Shown here piece after piece: positions 37,743-49,064 of a DNA stretch of 64,000 nucleotides. This stretch comes from Octopus sinensis (Eukaryota): the NCBI RefSeq assembly GCF_006345805.1, contig NC_043016.1, forward strand, positions 17,050,001 to 17,114,000. Direction: 5' to 3'. A program made the position numbers and the translations under genes. The stretch's first letter is position 1; every line of letters starts with the position of its first letter. Below the pieces are notes generated by a model, which searched no databases, was not told the DNA's origin, and saw only the letters and a program-made list of their open reading frames with translations.

Positions 37743-38660
37743 CTAGCAGTATCGCCTGGCGTTGCTCGGGTTTGTAAGGGAAATAACTATATAAGCATTT
37801 TTAGAGATGTAACGTATAATAGCCATCTCAATATGGCTAACCACAAGGGGGGGTGTTACTGTAGCTTTTTACGTTCTGAGATTTAGTAATACATTTTTAG
37901 AGTTACTTCCCTTCTTTAAACCGAGCGAAAATGCATTAAAAATACGGAAAAATTATGGTAAATTTCTTTAAAAATCGTAGACTCATCGTAGACATTTTTA
38001 GAGAGTTACTTCCCTTATATAAAAGCGAACAAAATGCATTAAAATGGAAAAAAATGAAGGTAATTTTTTTTAAAATCGTTGACTCATCGTAGACATTTTT
38101 AGAGAGTTACTTCCCTTATATAAAAGCGAAAAAAATGCATTAAAATGGAAAAAATGATGGTAAATTTTTTTAAAATCGTTGACTCATCGTAGACATTTTT
38201 AGAGTTACTTCCCTTATATAATAGCGAAAAAAAAAGCATTAAAACGGAAAAAAATGATGGTAAATTATTTTTAAAATCGTAGACTCATCGTAGACAATTT
38301 TAGAGAGTTACTTCCCTTATGTAATAGCGAAAAAAATGCATTAAAATGGAAAAAAATGATGGTTTTTTTTTTTTAAATCATTGACTCATCGTAGACATTT
38401 TTAGAGAGTTACTTCCCTTATATAATAGCGAAAATATGCATTAAAATGGAAAAAAATGATGGTAAATTTTTTTAAACATCGTTGACTCACCGTAGACATT
38501 TTTAGAGAGTTACTTCCCTTATATAATAGCGAAAAAAATGCATTAAAATGGAAAAAAAATTATGGTATATTTTTTTTTAAATCATTGACTCATCGTAGAC
38601 ATTTTTAGAGAATTACTTCCCTTATGTAATAGCGAAAAAAATGCATTAAATGATGGTAAA
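37743..38660 (-). mobile_element. Helitron family A, 3' portion, with ~7 internal ~101-bp repeats
   Basis: ctagcagtatcgcctggcgttgctcggg terminus; repeat gactcatcgtagacatttttagagagttacttccc with period 100-103. Confidence 0.85.
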
Positions 38661-38661
38661 T

Positions 38662-38775
38662 GGAGCTTTAGGTGTTTTCGCTCAATAAACACTCACAACG
38701 CCCGGTCTGGGAATCGAAACCGCGATCCTACGACCGCGAGTCCGCTGTCCTAACCATTGGGCCATTGCGCCTCCA
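38662..38775 (-). mobile_element. SINE S2 5' fragment
   Basis: ggagctttaggtg...gggccattgcgcctcc. Confidence 0.85.
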
Positions 38776-39079
38776 CCTAGGAATTGTATTTAGTCATAAG
38801 CCATCTTAACGTCTGAGGACTCGAAATTTCAGATAACTTCAATAAGGGGTCAGGCATGCTCAAATGACTAGATTATAGACTTAAAACTAGCAAAAAGGAC
38901 TTACTTGCTCGTGAGTATCCGAAGGAAAATATGCAACCATCTGCTCCACTGACCACACCCTGTATAATATCCGTAAGGGTACTTGCGCATATCTCTGTCT
39001 GAAAAAAACCCCAAAAAAACAACATAGATAAGTAAATAACAATAGTTAGTTAGTTGGGTAGGTGTAAGGGTAGGTGTAG

Positions 39080-39430
39080 GGGTGGGTGTGTGGTAAGTAG
39101 CTTGCTTACCAACCATATGGTTCTGGGTTCAGTCCCACTGCGTGGAACTTTGGGCAAGTGTCTTCAACTATAGCCCCTTGGGTAAGTGTCTTCTATTATA
39201 GCCTCGGGCCGACCAAAGCCTTGTGAGTGGATTTGGTAGACGGAAACTGAAAGAAGCCCGCCGTATACATATATATATATATAGGCTGTGTGGTAGGTAG
39301 CTTGCTTACCAACCACATGATCCCGGGTTCAGTCCCACTGCGGGGCACCTTGGGCAAGTGTCTTCTACTGTAGCCCCGGGCCGACCAAAGCCTTGTGAGT
39401 GGATTTGGTCGACGGAAACTGAAAGAAGCC

Positions 39431-39473
<43 letters not shown>

Positions 39474-40340
39474 CATAGGAGTGGCTGTGTGGTAAGTAGC
39501 TTGCTTGCCAACCATATGGTTCTGGGTTCAGTCCCACTGCATGGCACCTTGGCCAAGTGTCTTCTGCAATAGCTTCGGGCTGACGAAAGCCTTGTGAGTG
39601 GGTTTGGTAGACGGAAACTGAAAGAAGCCCATCGTATATATATAGGCACAGGAGTGGCTGTGTGGTAAGTAGCTTGCTAACCAACCATATGTTTCCGGGT
39701 TCAATCCCACTGCGTAGCACCTTGGGCAAGTGTCTTCTACTGTAGCCTCGGGCCGACCAAAGCTTTGTGAGTGGATTTGGTAGACGGAAACTGAAAGAAG
39801 CCCATCGTATATATACAGGCACAGGAGTGGCTGTGTGGTAAGTAGCTTGCTTACCAACCATATGGTTCCGGGTTCAGTCCCACTGCGTGGCACCTGGGGC
39901 AAGTATCTTCTACTATAGCCTCGGGCCGACCAAAGCCTTGTGAGTGGATTTGGTAGACGGAAACTGAAAGAAGCCCATCGTATATATATATATGGGCATA
40001 GGAGTGGCTGTGTAGTAAGTAGCTTTCTTACCAACCATATGGTTCCGGGTTCAGTCCCAGTGCGTGGCACCTTGGGCAAGTGTCTTCTACTATAGCCTCG
40101 GGCCGACCAAAGCCTTGTGAGTGGATTTGGAAGACGGAAACTGAAAGAAGCCCATCGTATATATATAGGCACAGGAGTGGCTGTGTGGTAAGTAGCTTGC
40201 TTGCCAGCCATATGGTTCCGGGTTTAGTCCCACTGCGTGGCACCTTCGACGAGTTTCTTCTACTGTAGCCTCGGGCTGACCAAAGCCTTGTGAGTAGATT
40301 TGATAGACGGAAACTGAAAGAAGCCCGTCGTATATATATA

Positions 40341-40380
<40 letters not shown>

Positions 40381-40541
40381 CATAGGAGTGGCTGTGTGGT
40401 AAGTAGCTTGCTTGCCAACCATATGGTTCTGGGTTCAGTCCCACTGTGTGGAACCTTGGGCAAGTGTCTTCTACTATAGCCCCGGGCTGACCAAAGCCTT
40501 GTGAGTGGATTTGGTAGACGGAAACTGAAAGAAGCCCGTCG

Positions 40542-40565
<24 letters not shown>
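39080..40565 (+). mobile_element. Tandem array of ~9 SINE S1 head modules separated by (TA)n
   Basis: Repeated ggagtggctgtgtggtaag...gaaagaagccc-tcgtata. Confidence 0.9.
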
Positions 40566-40592
<27 letters not shown>

Positions 40593-40619
40593 ATGTGTGT
40601 GTGTGTCTGTGTGTGTGGA

Positions 40620-40928
40620 TGCGTGATCACCGTGACCGACCAGGCAATTAGATGTTGCTACACATCGCTGGTCACAATGCGCTTCACATTGTTGTAGCCT
40701 TCAAATTACGCCATCCCGCTGGCTAAGAGAGCAGGCCAACAGAAGAAAAAGAGAGAGAGAAAGTTGTGGCAAATGAGTACAACAGGGGTCGCCACCATCC
40801 CCTGCCGGAGCCTCGTGGAGCTTTAGGTGTTTTCGCTCAATAAACACTCACAACGCCCGGTCTGGGAATCGAAACCGCGATCCTACGACCGCGAGTCCGC
40901 TGCCCTAACCACTGGGCCATTGCGCCTC
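40620..40928 (-). mobile_element. Full-length SINE S2, tail type b
   Basis: Head at 40928 (gaggcgcaatggcccag); tail ...tgtgaccagcgatgtgtagcaacatc...ggtcggtcacggtgatcac. Confidence 0.85.
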
Positions 40929-41029
40929 CCCTCAGATGATACATTTGATTTTACTAATTCTCATCTATCGTTTACGAGAAGAGAATTCATCATACACCGC
41001 CCCTTTATCTTTTAGTTGTTTCAGTCATT

Positions 41030-42107
41030 AGAGTGGGGCGGGAGTGGCGTCGGTTTTCGATCAAAAGGGATCGTAAAAGGGAAAATGGAAAAAAAAGAAA
41101 AAAAAAGGAAAAGAAACAAAAGAAAAGAAAAAGGAAAAAAGAAGAAAAAAGAGGAAAAAAGGGGAAGAGGAAAAAAACGATCAATAGGGATCGTGTATCA
41201 CAGTGTCATGCTGTACGGTATAAAAGGGGAAGCAGATAAGGTTTATCCGTGGGAAGAAAAGCCTACGAAAAAGACCACGGTAACCTCGGTCAATATTGTT
41301 ATATGTTACCACATTTGTTTGCAAGTGGGTAACCCTCTGTTTTCAATTTCTGGGTTCATAGGATTATGCTCAAGGTGGCTTCGTCATTCATACGTGCCAT
41401 CCTTGCTACATTCACCCATCTTTTTTTTAAAACATTCGCTAGACAAAACTTGCCTCTCTACTCTCACTTTCCTTTTCAAGTGGTACTTGAAGAAGTTGAT
41501 GAGAGATTGACCAGAGAGGAAAGTGTTTGTCTCCAATCCTTTCAGACGCGTCCACCAGATACATTCTTTCGCCATAGCCACAAGGATGATGAAAATAGCT
41601 CTTCCTTCTCGTTTGAAGGAAGGAGGCGTGACAATATTGACGATAGACTCAGCTGATAAACCGACTCGTCCCATACGTGACAGCAGTCGTTCGACATAAA
41701 CCCACAGGTCGGAAAATGTTGGACACTGCACGTGTGCGTGCAGAACGGTTTCGTCGCTCTGACCGCAACTCGGGCAGGTCGGCCCCGTGTTTCTCGAGCC
41801 GTGTCTGCAGAGCTTATCCCGAACGGGTAGCGCTTCTCGGTAGCACTGCCAGGCCAGGGATCACTGGAAGTTGTCCATGGGCCCTGGCCCGAAAGTCGTC
41901 CTTGCTACATTCACCCATCTTTTTTTAAAACATTCGCTAGACAAAACTTGCCTCTCTACTCTCACCTTCCTTTTCAAGTGATACTTGAAGAAGTTGATGA
42001 GAGATTGACCAGAGAGGAAAGTGTTTGTCTCTAATCCTTTCAGACGCGTCCACCAGATACATTCTTTCGCGATAGCCACAAGGATGATAAAAATAGCTCT
42101 TCCTTCC
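41030..42107 (-). pseudogene. Rearranged 3' fragment of the Tx1-type LINE (ORF2 C-terminus and 3' UTR)
   Basis: Translates to CPTFSDLW...ILVAMAKECIWWTRLKG..., matching 49453-50256; 41402-41610 is duplicated at 41900-42107. Confidence 0.9.
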
Positions 42108-42425
42108 CGTGACCCCAGTATCTATTTTTTTAAAGCCTGGTGCTTATTCTCCTAGCTCTCTTTTGCTGAACTGCTAAGTTAAGGGGACGTAAACAAACCA
42201 AAACCGGTTTTGAAGCGATAGTGGGGAACAAATACAGACACAAATACAGACACAAACACACACACACACAATGGGCTTCGTTCAGTTTCCGTCTACCAAA
42301 TGCACTCAATGCTTTGGTCAGCCTTAAGCTATAGTAGAAGACACTTGCCCATGGTTCCACACAGTGAGACTGAACCTGTAACCATGTGGTTGGGAAGCAA
42401 GCTTCTTACCACACAGCGCCGCATG
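42108..42425 (-). mobile_element. Diverged SINE S1
   Basis: gaccccagtatc...ttcagtttccgtctaccaaat...cttaccacacag. Confidence 0.75.
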
Positions 42426-42429
42426 CAGA

Positions 42430-42487
42430 GAGATAGGCAGATAGAAAGATTGCTATGTAGATAAACAGACAGACAAACAGATGGATG

Positions 42488-42531
<44 letters not shown>

Positions 42532-42682
42532 TATAGATAGAAAGAGAAAGATGGAAAGAGAAAGATAGATGGAGAGAGAGAGATAGAGATAGACAGATAG
42601 ATAGAGAGGCAGACAGACAGGCAGGCATATAGATAGATAGATAGCTAGATAGATAGATAGATAGATAGAAAGAAAGATAGAT

Positions 42683-42756
<74 letters not shown>

Positions 42757-43025
42757 GATAGATAGACAGATAGATAGATAGATAGACAGATAGATAGATA
42801 AGATAGAGAGATAGATAGACAGATAGATAGATAGAAAGATAGATACATAGACAGATAGGTAGAGCGATAGAGAGACAGATAGATAGATAGATAGATAAGA
42901 TAGACAGACAGCTAGATAGATAGATAGATAGACAGATAGATGGATAAATAGATAGATAGACAGATAGGTAGAGAGATAGACAGACAGATAGAGGGAGAGA
43001 GGGAGAGAGAGAGAGGGAGAGAGAT
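42430..43025. repeat. (GATA)n/(GACA)n microsatellite
   Basis: Direct inspection. Confidence 0.97.
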
Positions 43026-43461
43026 ACGAATTGTTTATTCTAGCTTACAATACTTTTTATACGACAAACCGATTGATACGAGGCTACCTTTATCAAAAAG
43101 AATGTGTGTAACCTCTTTGATAATAAACACTATTGATTTTTAAATTTTCCACATCGATAAATCTTTTCGTTTTTCTTTTCTTTTCTTCTTTTCGCTTTTT
43201 TTGTTTTTTTTTGCGCCGTTTGTTTCAAGGCGGAATATTGAATTGTTCACAAATGAAGCACATTTGGTTTTTCGTTCTTTCTCGTTGATCAAAAAGAGAA
43301 TTTCTTTTGATTTGACCATAAAAATTCATTTTGATTAAAACGAACGAACGGCTCCGTGAATAACTGGATATAAAATAATTGCAAAATATTATAAATACTT
43401 AAAAAGTCACAGATATAAAGTCTCTGAAACGTGGAACGTCGAAAGAAAAAAAATATTAAAA

Positions 43462-44110
43462 AACTGGCAGTATCGCCCGGCGTTGCTCGGGTTTGTAAGG
43501 GAAATAACTATGTTGACGAGAGGCAATTACCTTGAAACTATAGTCCTTATGTATCACTTAGGTTTTCGAGGGAGGATGACCTCCCTTTGCAAATAACACA
43601 AGGGCACTGAAATTTTGTGTCTGAGGCCAGCTGGTGACGTTGATCACCTGGGGCTAAAAGCATCAGTAACACCCCACTCCCAGTGGCTAGCCACATTCAG
43701 ATGGCTAGTACACTTTACGTTGTCGAGCGGTTACTGTTTGTATCTCGTTCAGAGAGTTATTAATGCTTTCAGACAGATTTTCTAAATCAGTGACTGTGGT
43801 TGCTGTGAAAAACGTTAAATATTATTATTTGCAAAGGTCTCCTTCATCGAAAACCAGTGTTTACCATGCGTTGACGAGAGGCAATTACCTTGAAACTATA
43901 GTCCGTATGTATCACTTAGGTTTTCGAGGGAGGATGACCTCCCTTTGCAAATAACACAAGGGCACTAAAATTTTGTGTCTGAGGCCAGCTGGTGACGTTG
44001 ATCTCCTGGGGCTAAAAGCATCAGTAACACCCCACTCCCAGTGGCTAGCCACATTCAGATGGCTAGTACACTTCACGTCACTTTTAGAGAGTTATAGCCA
44101 AAAAAATAGC
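43462..44110 (-). mobile_element. Helitron family A 3' end with two ~360-bp internal units
   Basis: actggcagtatcgcccggcgttgctcggg terminus; unit gttgacgagaggcaattacc... at 43513 and 43870. Confidence 0.7.
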
Positions 44111-44119
44111 AAACAAAAT

Positions 44120-44363
44120 GCCTCGGGCCAACCAAAGCCTTGTGAGTGAATTTGGTGGATGGAAACTGAAAGAAGCCCGTCGTACATATATATATATATG
44201 GCTGCAGAAGTGGCTGTGTGGTAAGTTCTTGCTTACCAATCACGTGGTTTAGGGTTCAGTCCCACTGCGTGGAACCTTGGGCAGGTGTATTCTACTATAG
44301 CCTCGGGCTGACCAAAGCCTTGTGAGTGGATTTGGTAGACGGAAACTGAAAGGAACCCGTCGT

Positions 44364-44400
<37 letters not shown>

Positions 44401-44805
44401 GGCGCAGGAGTGGCTGTGTGGTAAGTAGCTTGCTTACCAACCAGGTGGTTCAGGGTTCAGTCCCACTGCGTGGCACCTTGGGCGAGTGTCTTCTGCTATA
44501 GCCCCGGGCCGACCAATGCCTTGTGAGTGGATTTGGTAGACGGAAACTGAAAGAAGCCTGTCGTATATATATATATATGTATGTGTGTTTGTGTTTGTGT
44601 GTTTGTGTTTGTCCCCCTAGCATTGCTTGACAATCGATGCTGGTGTGTTTATGCCCCCGTCACTAGCCGTTCGGCAAAAGAGACCGATAGAATAAGTACT
44701 GGGCTTACAAAGAATAAGTCCCGGGGTCGAGTTGCTCGACTATAGGTGGTGCTCCAGCATGGCCACAGTCAAATGACTGAAACAAGTAAAAGAGTAAAAG
44801 AGTAA
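44120..44805 (+). mobile_element. SINE S1: partial heads plus one full-length copy (44401-44805)
   Basis: Shows the full architecture: tRNA-like head (A box tggctgtgtgg, B box ggttcagtcc), internal (TA)/(TG)n, 3' half, (taaaagag)n tail. Confidence 0.9.
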
Positions 44806-44974
44806 ATACTTAAAAAGTCACAGACATAAAGTCTCTGAAACGTGGAACGTCGAAAGAAAAAAAATATTAAAAAACTAGCAGTATCACCCGGCGTTGTTCG
44901 GGTTTGTAAGGGAAATAACTATATAAGCATTTTTAGAGAGTTATAGCCAAAATAGAGCAAAAAAATGCATAAAA

Positions 44975-47900
44975 ATGGATTGGTAGCCTTCAACTAACAG
45001 TATCTCCTCTGAGACCCTGCGGCGCAAGTTGACCAAAACTGAGAGTATGATAGAAGAAGGCTTGCTCTTCATTTCGTAGAAAATAAAATTCAAATCGGAC
45101 CATGTTAACACCAAAAATTATTTACATCAAAAACGTGCTTTTTTTCTACGAAAATCCCTATTTTTTACAATTTTTTGACTGCTGTGTCACCGTTTTTCGG
45201 TGTATTTCAACCAGAAAAATGTTCGCTTAAAGAGAATAACAAGCTACATAATGCAAAACTTTTACTTTTCAAAAATTCTAATTCTAAAGGGTCGAAACAA
45301 ACCCGAGCAACGCCGGGCGATATTGCTAGTCTATATATATAAAGTCTATGTGTGGCAGGTTTGGTAGCCTTCAACTAACACTATCTCCTCAGAGACCCTG
45401 CGGCGCAAGTTGACCAAAATTGAGAGTATGATAGAAGAAGGCTTGCTCTTCATTCTGTAGAAGATAAAATTCAAATCAGACCATGTTAACACCAAAAATT
45501 ATTTACATAAAGAACGTGCTTTTTTTCTATGCAAATCCCTATTTTTTACTATTTATAAAGCTGAAGTTGTCTGTGTGTGTGTGGCAGGTTCGGTAGCCTT
45601 CAACTAACACTATCTCCTCCGAGACCCTGTGGTACATGTCGACTAAAATTGAGAGTATGATAGAAGAAGGCTTGCTCTTTATTCCGTAGAAAATAAAATT
45701 CAAATCGGACCATGTTAACACCAAAAATTATTTACATCAAAAACGTGCTTTTTTTCTACGAAAATCCCTATTTTTTACAATTTTTTGACTGCTGTGTCAC
45801 CATTTTTCGGTGTATTTCAACCAGAAAAATATTCACTTAAAGAGAATAACAAGCTACATAATGCAAAAGTTTTACTTTTCAAAAATTCTAATTCTAAAGG
45901 GTCGAAACAAACCCGAGCAACGCCGGGCGATATTGCTAGTCTATATATATAAAGTCTATGTGTGGCAGGTTTGGTAGCCTTCAACTAACACTATCTCCTC
46001 AGAGACCCTGCGGCGCAAGTTGACCAAAATTGAGAGTATGATAGAAGAAGGCTTGCTCTTCATTCTGTAGAAGATAAAATTCAAATCAGACCATGTTAAC
46101 ACCAAAAATTATTTACATAAAGAACGTGCTTTTTTTCTATGCAAATCCCTATTTTTTACTATTTATAAAGCTGAAGTTGTCTGTGTGTGTGTGGCAGGTT
46201 CGGTAGCCTTCAACTAACACTATCTCCTCCGAGACCCTGTGGTACATGTCGACTAAAATTGAGAGTATGATAGAAGAAGGCTTGCTCTTTATTCCGTAGA
46301 AAATAAAATTCAAATCGGACCATGTTAACACCAAAAATTATTTACAATCAAAAACGTGCTTTTTTTCTACGAAAATCCCTATTTTTTACAATTTTTTGAC
46401 TGCTGTGTCACCATTTTTCGGTGTATTTCAACCAGAAAAATATTCACTTAAAGAGAATAACAAGCTACATAATGCAAAAGTTTTACTTTTCAAAAATTCT
46501 AATTCTAAAGGGTCGAAACAAACCCGAGCAACGCCGGGCGTTATTGCTAGTCTATATATAAAAAAGTTGAAGTTTTCTATGTGTGGCAGGTTTGGTAGCC
46601 TTCAACTAACACTATCTCCTCCAAGACACTGTGGCGCAAGTTGACCAAAATTGAGAGAATGATAGAAGAAGGCTTGCTCTTCATTCCGTAGGAGATAAAA
46701 TTCAAATCGGACCATGTTAACACCAAAAATTATTTACATCAAAAACGTGCTTTTTTTTCTAGGAAAATCCCTATTTTTTACGATTTTTTGACTGCTGTGT
46801 CGCCTTTTTTTGGTGTATTTCAACCAGAAAAATGTTCACTTAAAGAGAATAACAAGCTACATAAGGCAAAATTTTTACTTTTCAAAAATTCCAAATCTAA
46901 AGGGTCGAAACAAATCCGAGCAACGCCGGGCGATACTGCTAGTCTATATATATAAAGCTGAAGTTGTCTGTGTGTGTGTGGCAGGTTTGGTAGCCTTCAA
47001 CTAACACTATCTGCTCCAAGACCCTGCGGCGCAAGTTGACCAAAATTGAGAGTCTGATAGAAGAAGGCTTGCTCTTCATTCCGTAGCAGATAAAATTCAA
47101 ATCGGACCATGTTAACACCAAAAATTATTTACATCAAAAACGTGCTTTTTTTCTACGAAAATCCCTATTTTTTACAATTTTTTGACTGCTGTGTCACCAT
47201 TTTTTGATGTATTTCAACCAGAAAAATATTCACTTAAAGAGAATAACAAGCTACATAATGCAAAATTTTTACTTTTCAAAAATTCTAATTCTAAAAGGTC
47301 GCAACAAACCCGAGCAACGCCGGGCGATATTGCTAGTCTATATATATAAAGTCTATGTGTGGCAGGTTTGGTAGCCTTCAACTAACACTATCTCCTCCAA
47401 GACACTGCGGCGCAAGTTGACCAAAATTGAGAGAATGATAGAAGAAGACTATTTTTTACGATTTTTCGACTGCTGTGTCACCATTTTTCGGTATATTTCA
47501 ACCAGAAAAATGTTCGCTTAAAGAGAATAACAAGCTACATAATGCAAAACTTTTACTTTTCAAAAATTCCAAATCTAAAGGGTCGAAACAAATCCGAGCA
47601 ACGCCGGGCGATACTGCTAGTCTATATATATAAAACTGAAGTTGTCTGTGTGTATGTGGCAGGCTTGGTAGCCTTCAACTAACACTATCTGCTCCAAGAC
47701 CCTGCGGCGCAAGTTGACCAAAATTGAGAGTATGATAGAAGAAGGCTTGCTCTTCATTCCGGAGCAGATAAAATTCAAATCGGACCATGTTAACACCAAA
47801 AATTATTTACATCAAAAACGTGCTTTTTTTCTAGGAAAATCCCTACTTTTTACGATTTTTTGACTGCTGTGTCGCCATTTTTCGGTGTATTTCAACCAGA

Positions 47901-48306
47901 AAAATGTTCGTATAAAGAGAATAACAAGCTACATGATGCAAAATTTTTACTTTTCAAAAATTCCAATCCTAAAGGGTCGAAACAAACCCGAGCAACGCCG
48001 GGCGATACCACTAATCTCTATATAAAAAGCTGAAGTTGTCTGTGTGGCAGGTTTGGTAGCCTTCAACTAACACTATCTCCTCCGAGGCCCTGCAGCGCAA
48101 GTTGACCAAAATTGAGAGTATGATAGAAGAAGACTATTTTTTTACGATTTTCCAACTGCTGTGTCGCCATTTTTCGGTGTATTTCAACCAGAAAAATGTT
48201 CGCTTAAAGAGAATAACAAGCTACATAATGCAAAATTTTTACTTTTCAAAAATTCCAATTCTAAAGGGTCGAAACAAACCCGAGCAACGCCGGGCGATAC
48301 TGTTAG
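44975..48306 (+). mobile_element. Head-to-tail array of non-autonomous Helitron family C (~390-bp unit, 8 termini)
   Basis: 3' hairpin cccgagcaacgccggg + CTAG ending at 45329, 45939, 46550, 46942, 47336 and 47620 (variants CTAA 48014, TTAG 48306); internal termini are followed directly by TCtatatat. Confidence 0.9.
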
Positions 48307-48331
48307 TGATAATATATAATTAAAAAATATA

Positions 48332-48630
48332 TCTTTATATATAAAAGTGAGGTTGTGTGCTGTCTGTCTCCTACGATTTAGATTCCTAACTACTCCCACA
48401 TTTTGCGGTGCAGTTTAACCAAAACCGATTATCTTATAGTCGTGATTCATATCGAGCCCTTCTGGGTATTAGCGCGCGTCTACGATGAGTCTACGATTTA
48501 AAAAAAAATTACCATAAATTTTTCCCATTTTTAATGCATTTTTGGCATATATAAGTGAAGTAAATCTCTAAAAATGTATTGTTAAATCTCAGAACGTAAA
48601 AAGCTACAGTAACCCCCCCCCTTTGTGCTA
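48332..48630 (+). mobile_element. Helitron family A, 5' portion
   Basis: A|TCtttatatataaaagtgagg...gcgcgtctacgatgagtc, matching 59096-59578. Confidence 0.85.
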
Positions 48631-48869
48631 GTAAGAAAATAAGCTTCTGTCATAGAGTCACATACAAGAATTAATGGTGTCGATAGTGTCCCTTAGATCT
48701 TTTTTGTTTTGTTTTTACTGTACGTTAAGGCCCTTAGGTGAATTAATACTCAGCAAAATAAAGAGGCAAGAAGATCGCTTCATTGGCCAGCATATGAAAA
48801 GAAGAAGCCTTGGGCTGTTTGTGACAATAAGGTAATTTAAAGGGAAAAGTAGCCAGGGGCTAAGGAAGA

Positions 48870-48948
48870 GAGAAAGAGATAGAGAGAGAGATAGAGAGAT
48901 AGGTGGATAGATAGATGGATGGATAGATAGATAGAGAGAGAGATAGGT

Positions 48949-48988
<40 letters not shown>

Positions 48989-49014
48989 TGATAGATAGAT
49001 AGATAGAGATAGGT

Positions 49015-49049
<35 letters not shown>

Positions 49050-49064
49050 TAGATAGATAGATAT
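48870..49064. repeat. (GATA)n/(TA)n microsatellite
   Basis: Direct inspection. Confidence 0.95.
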
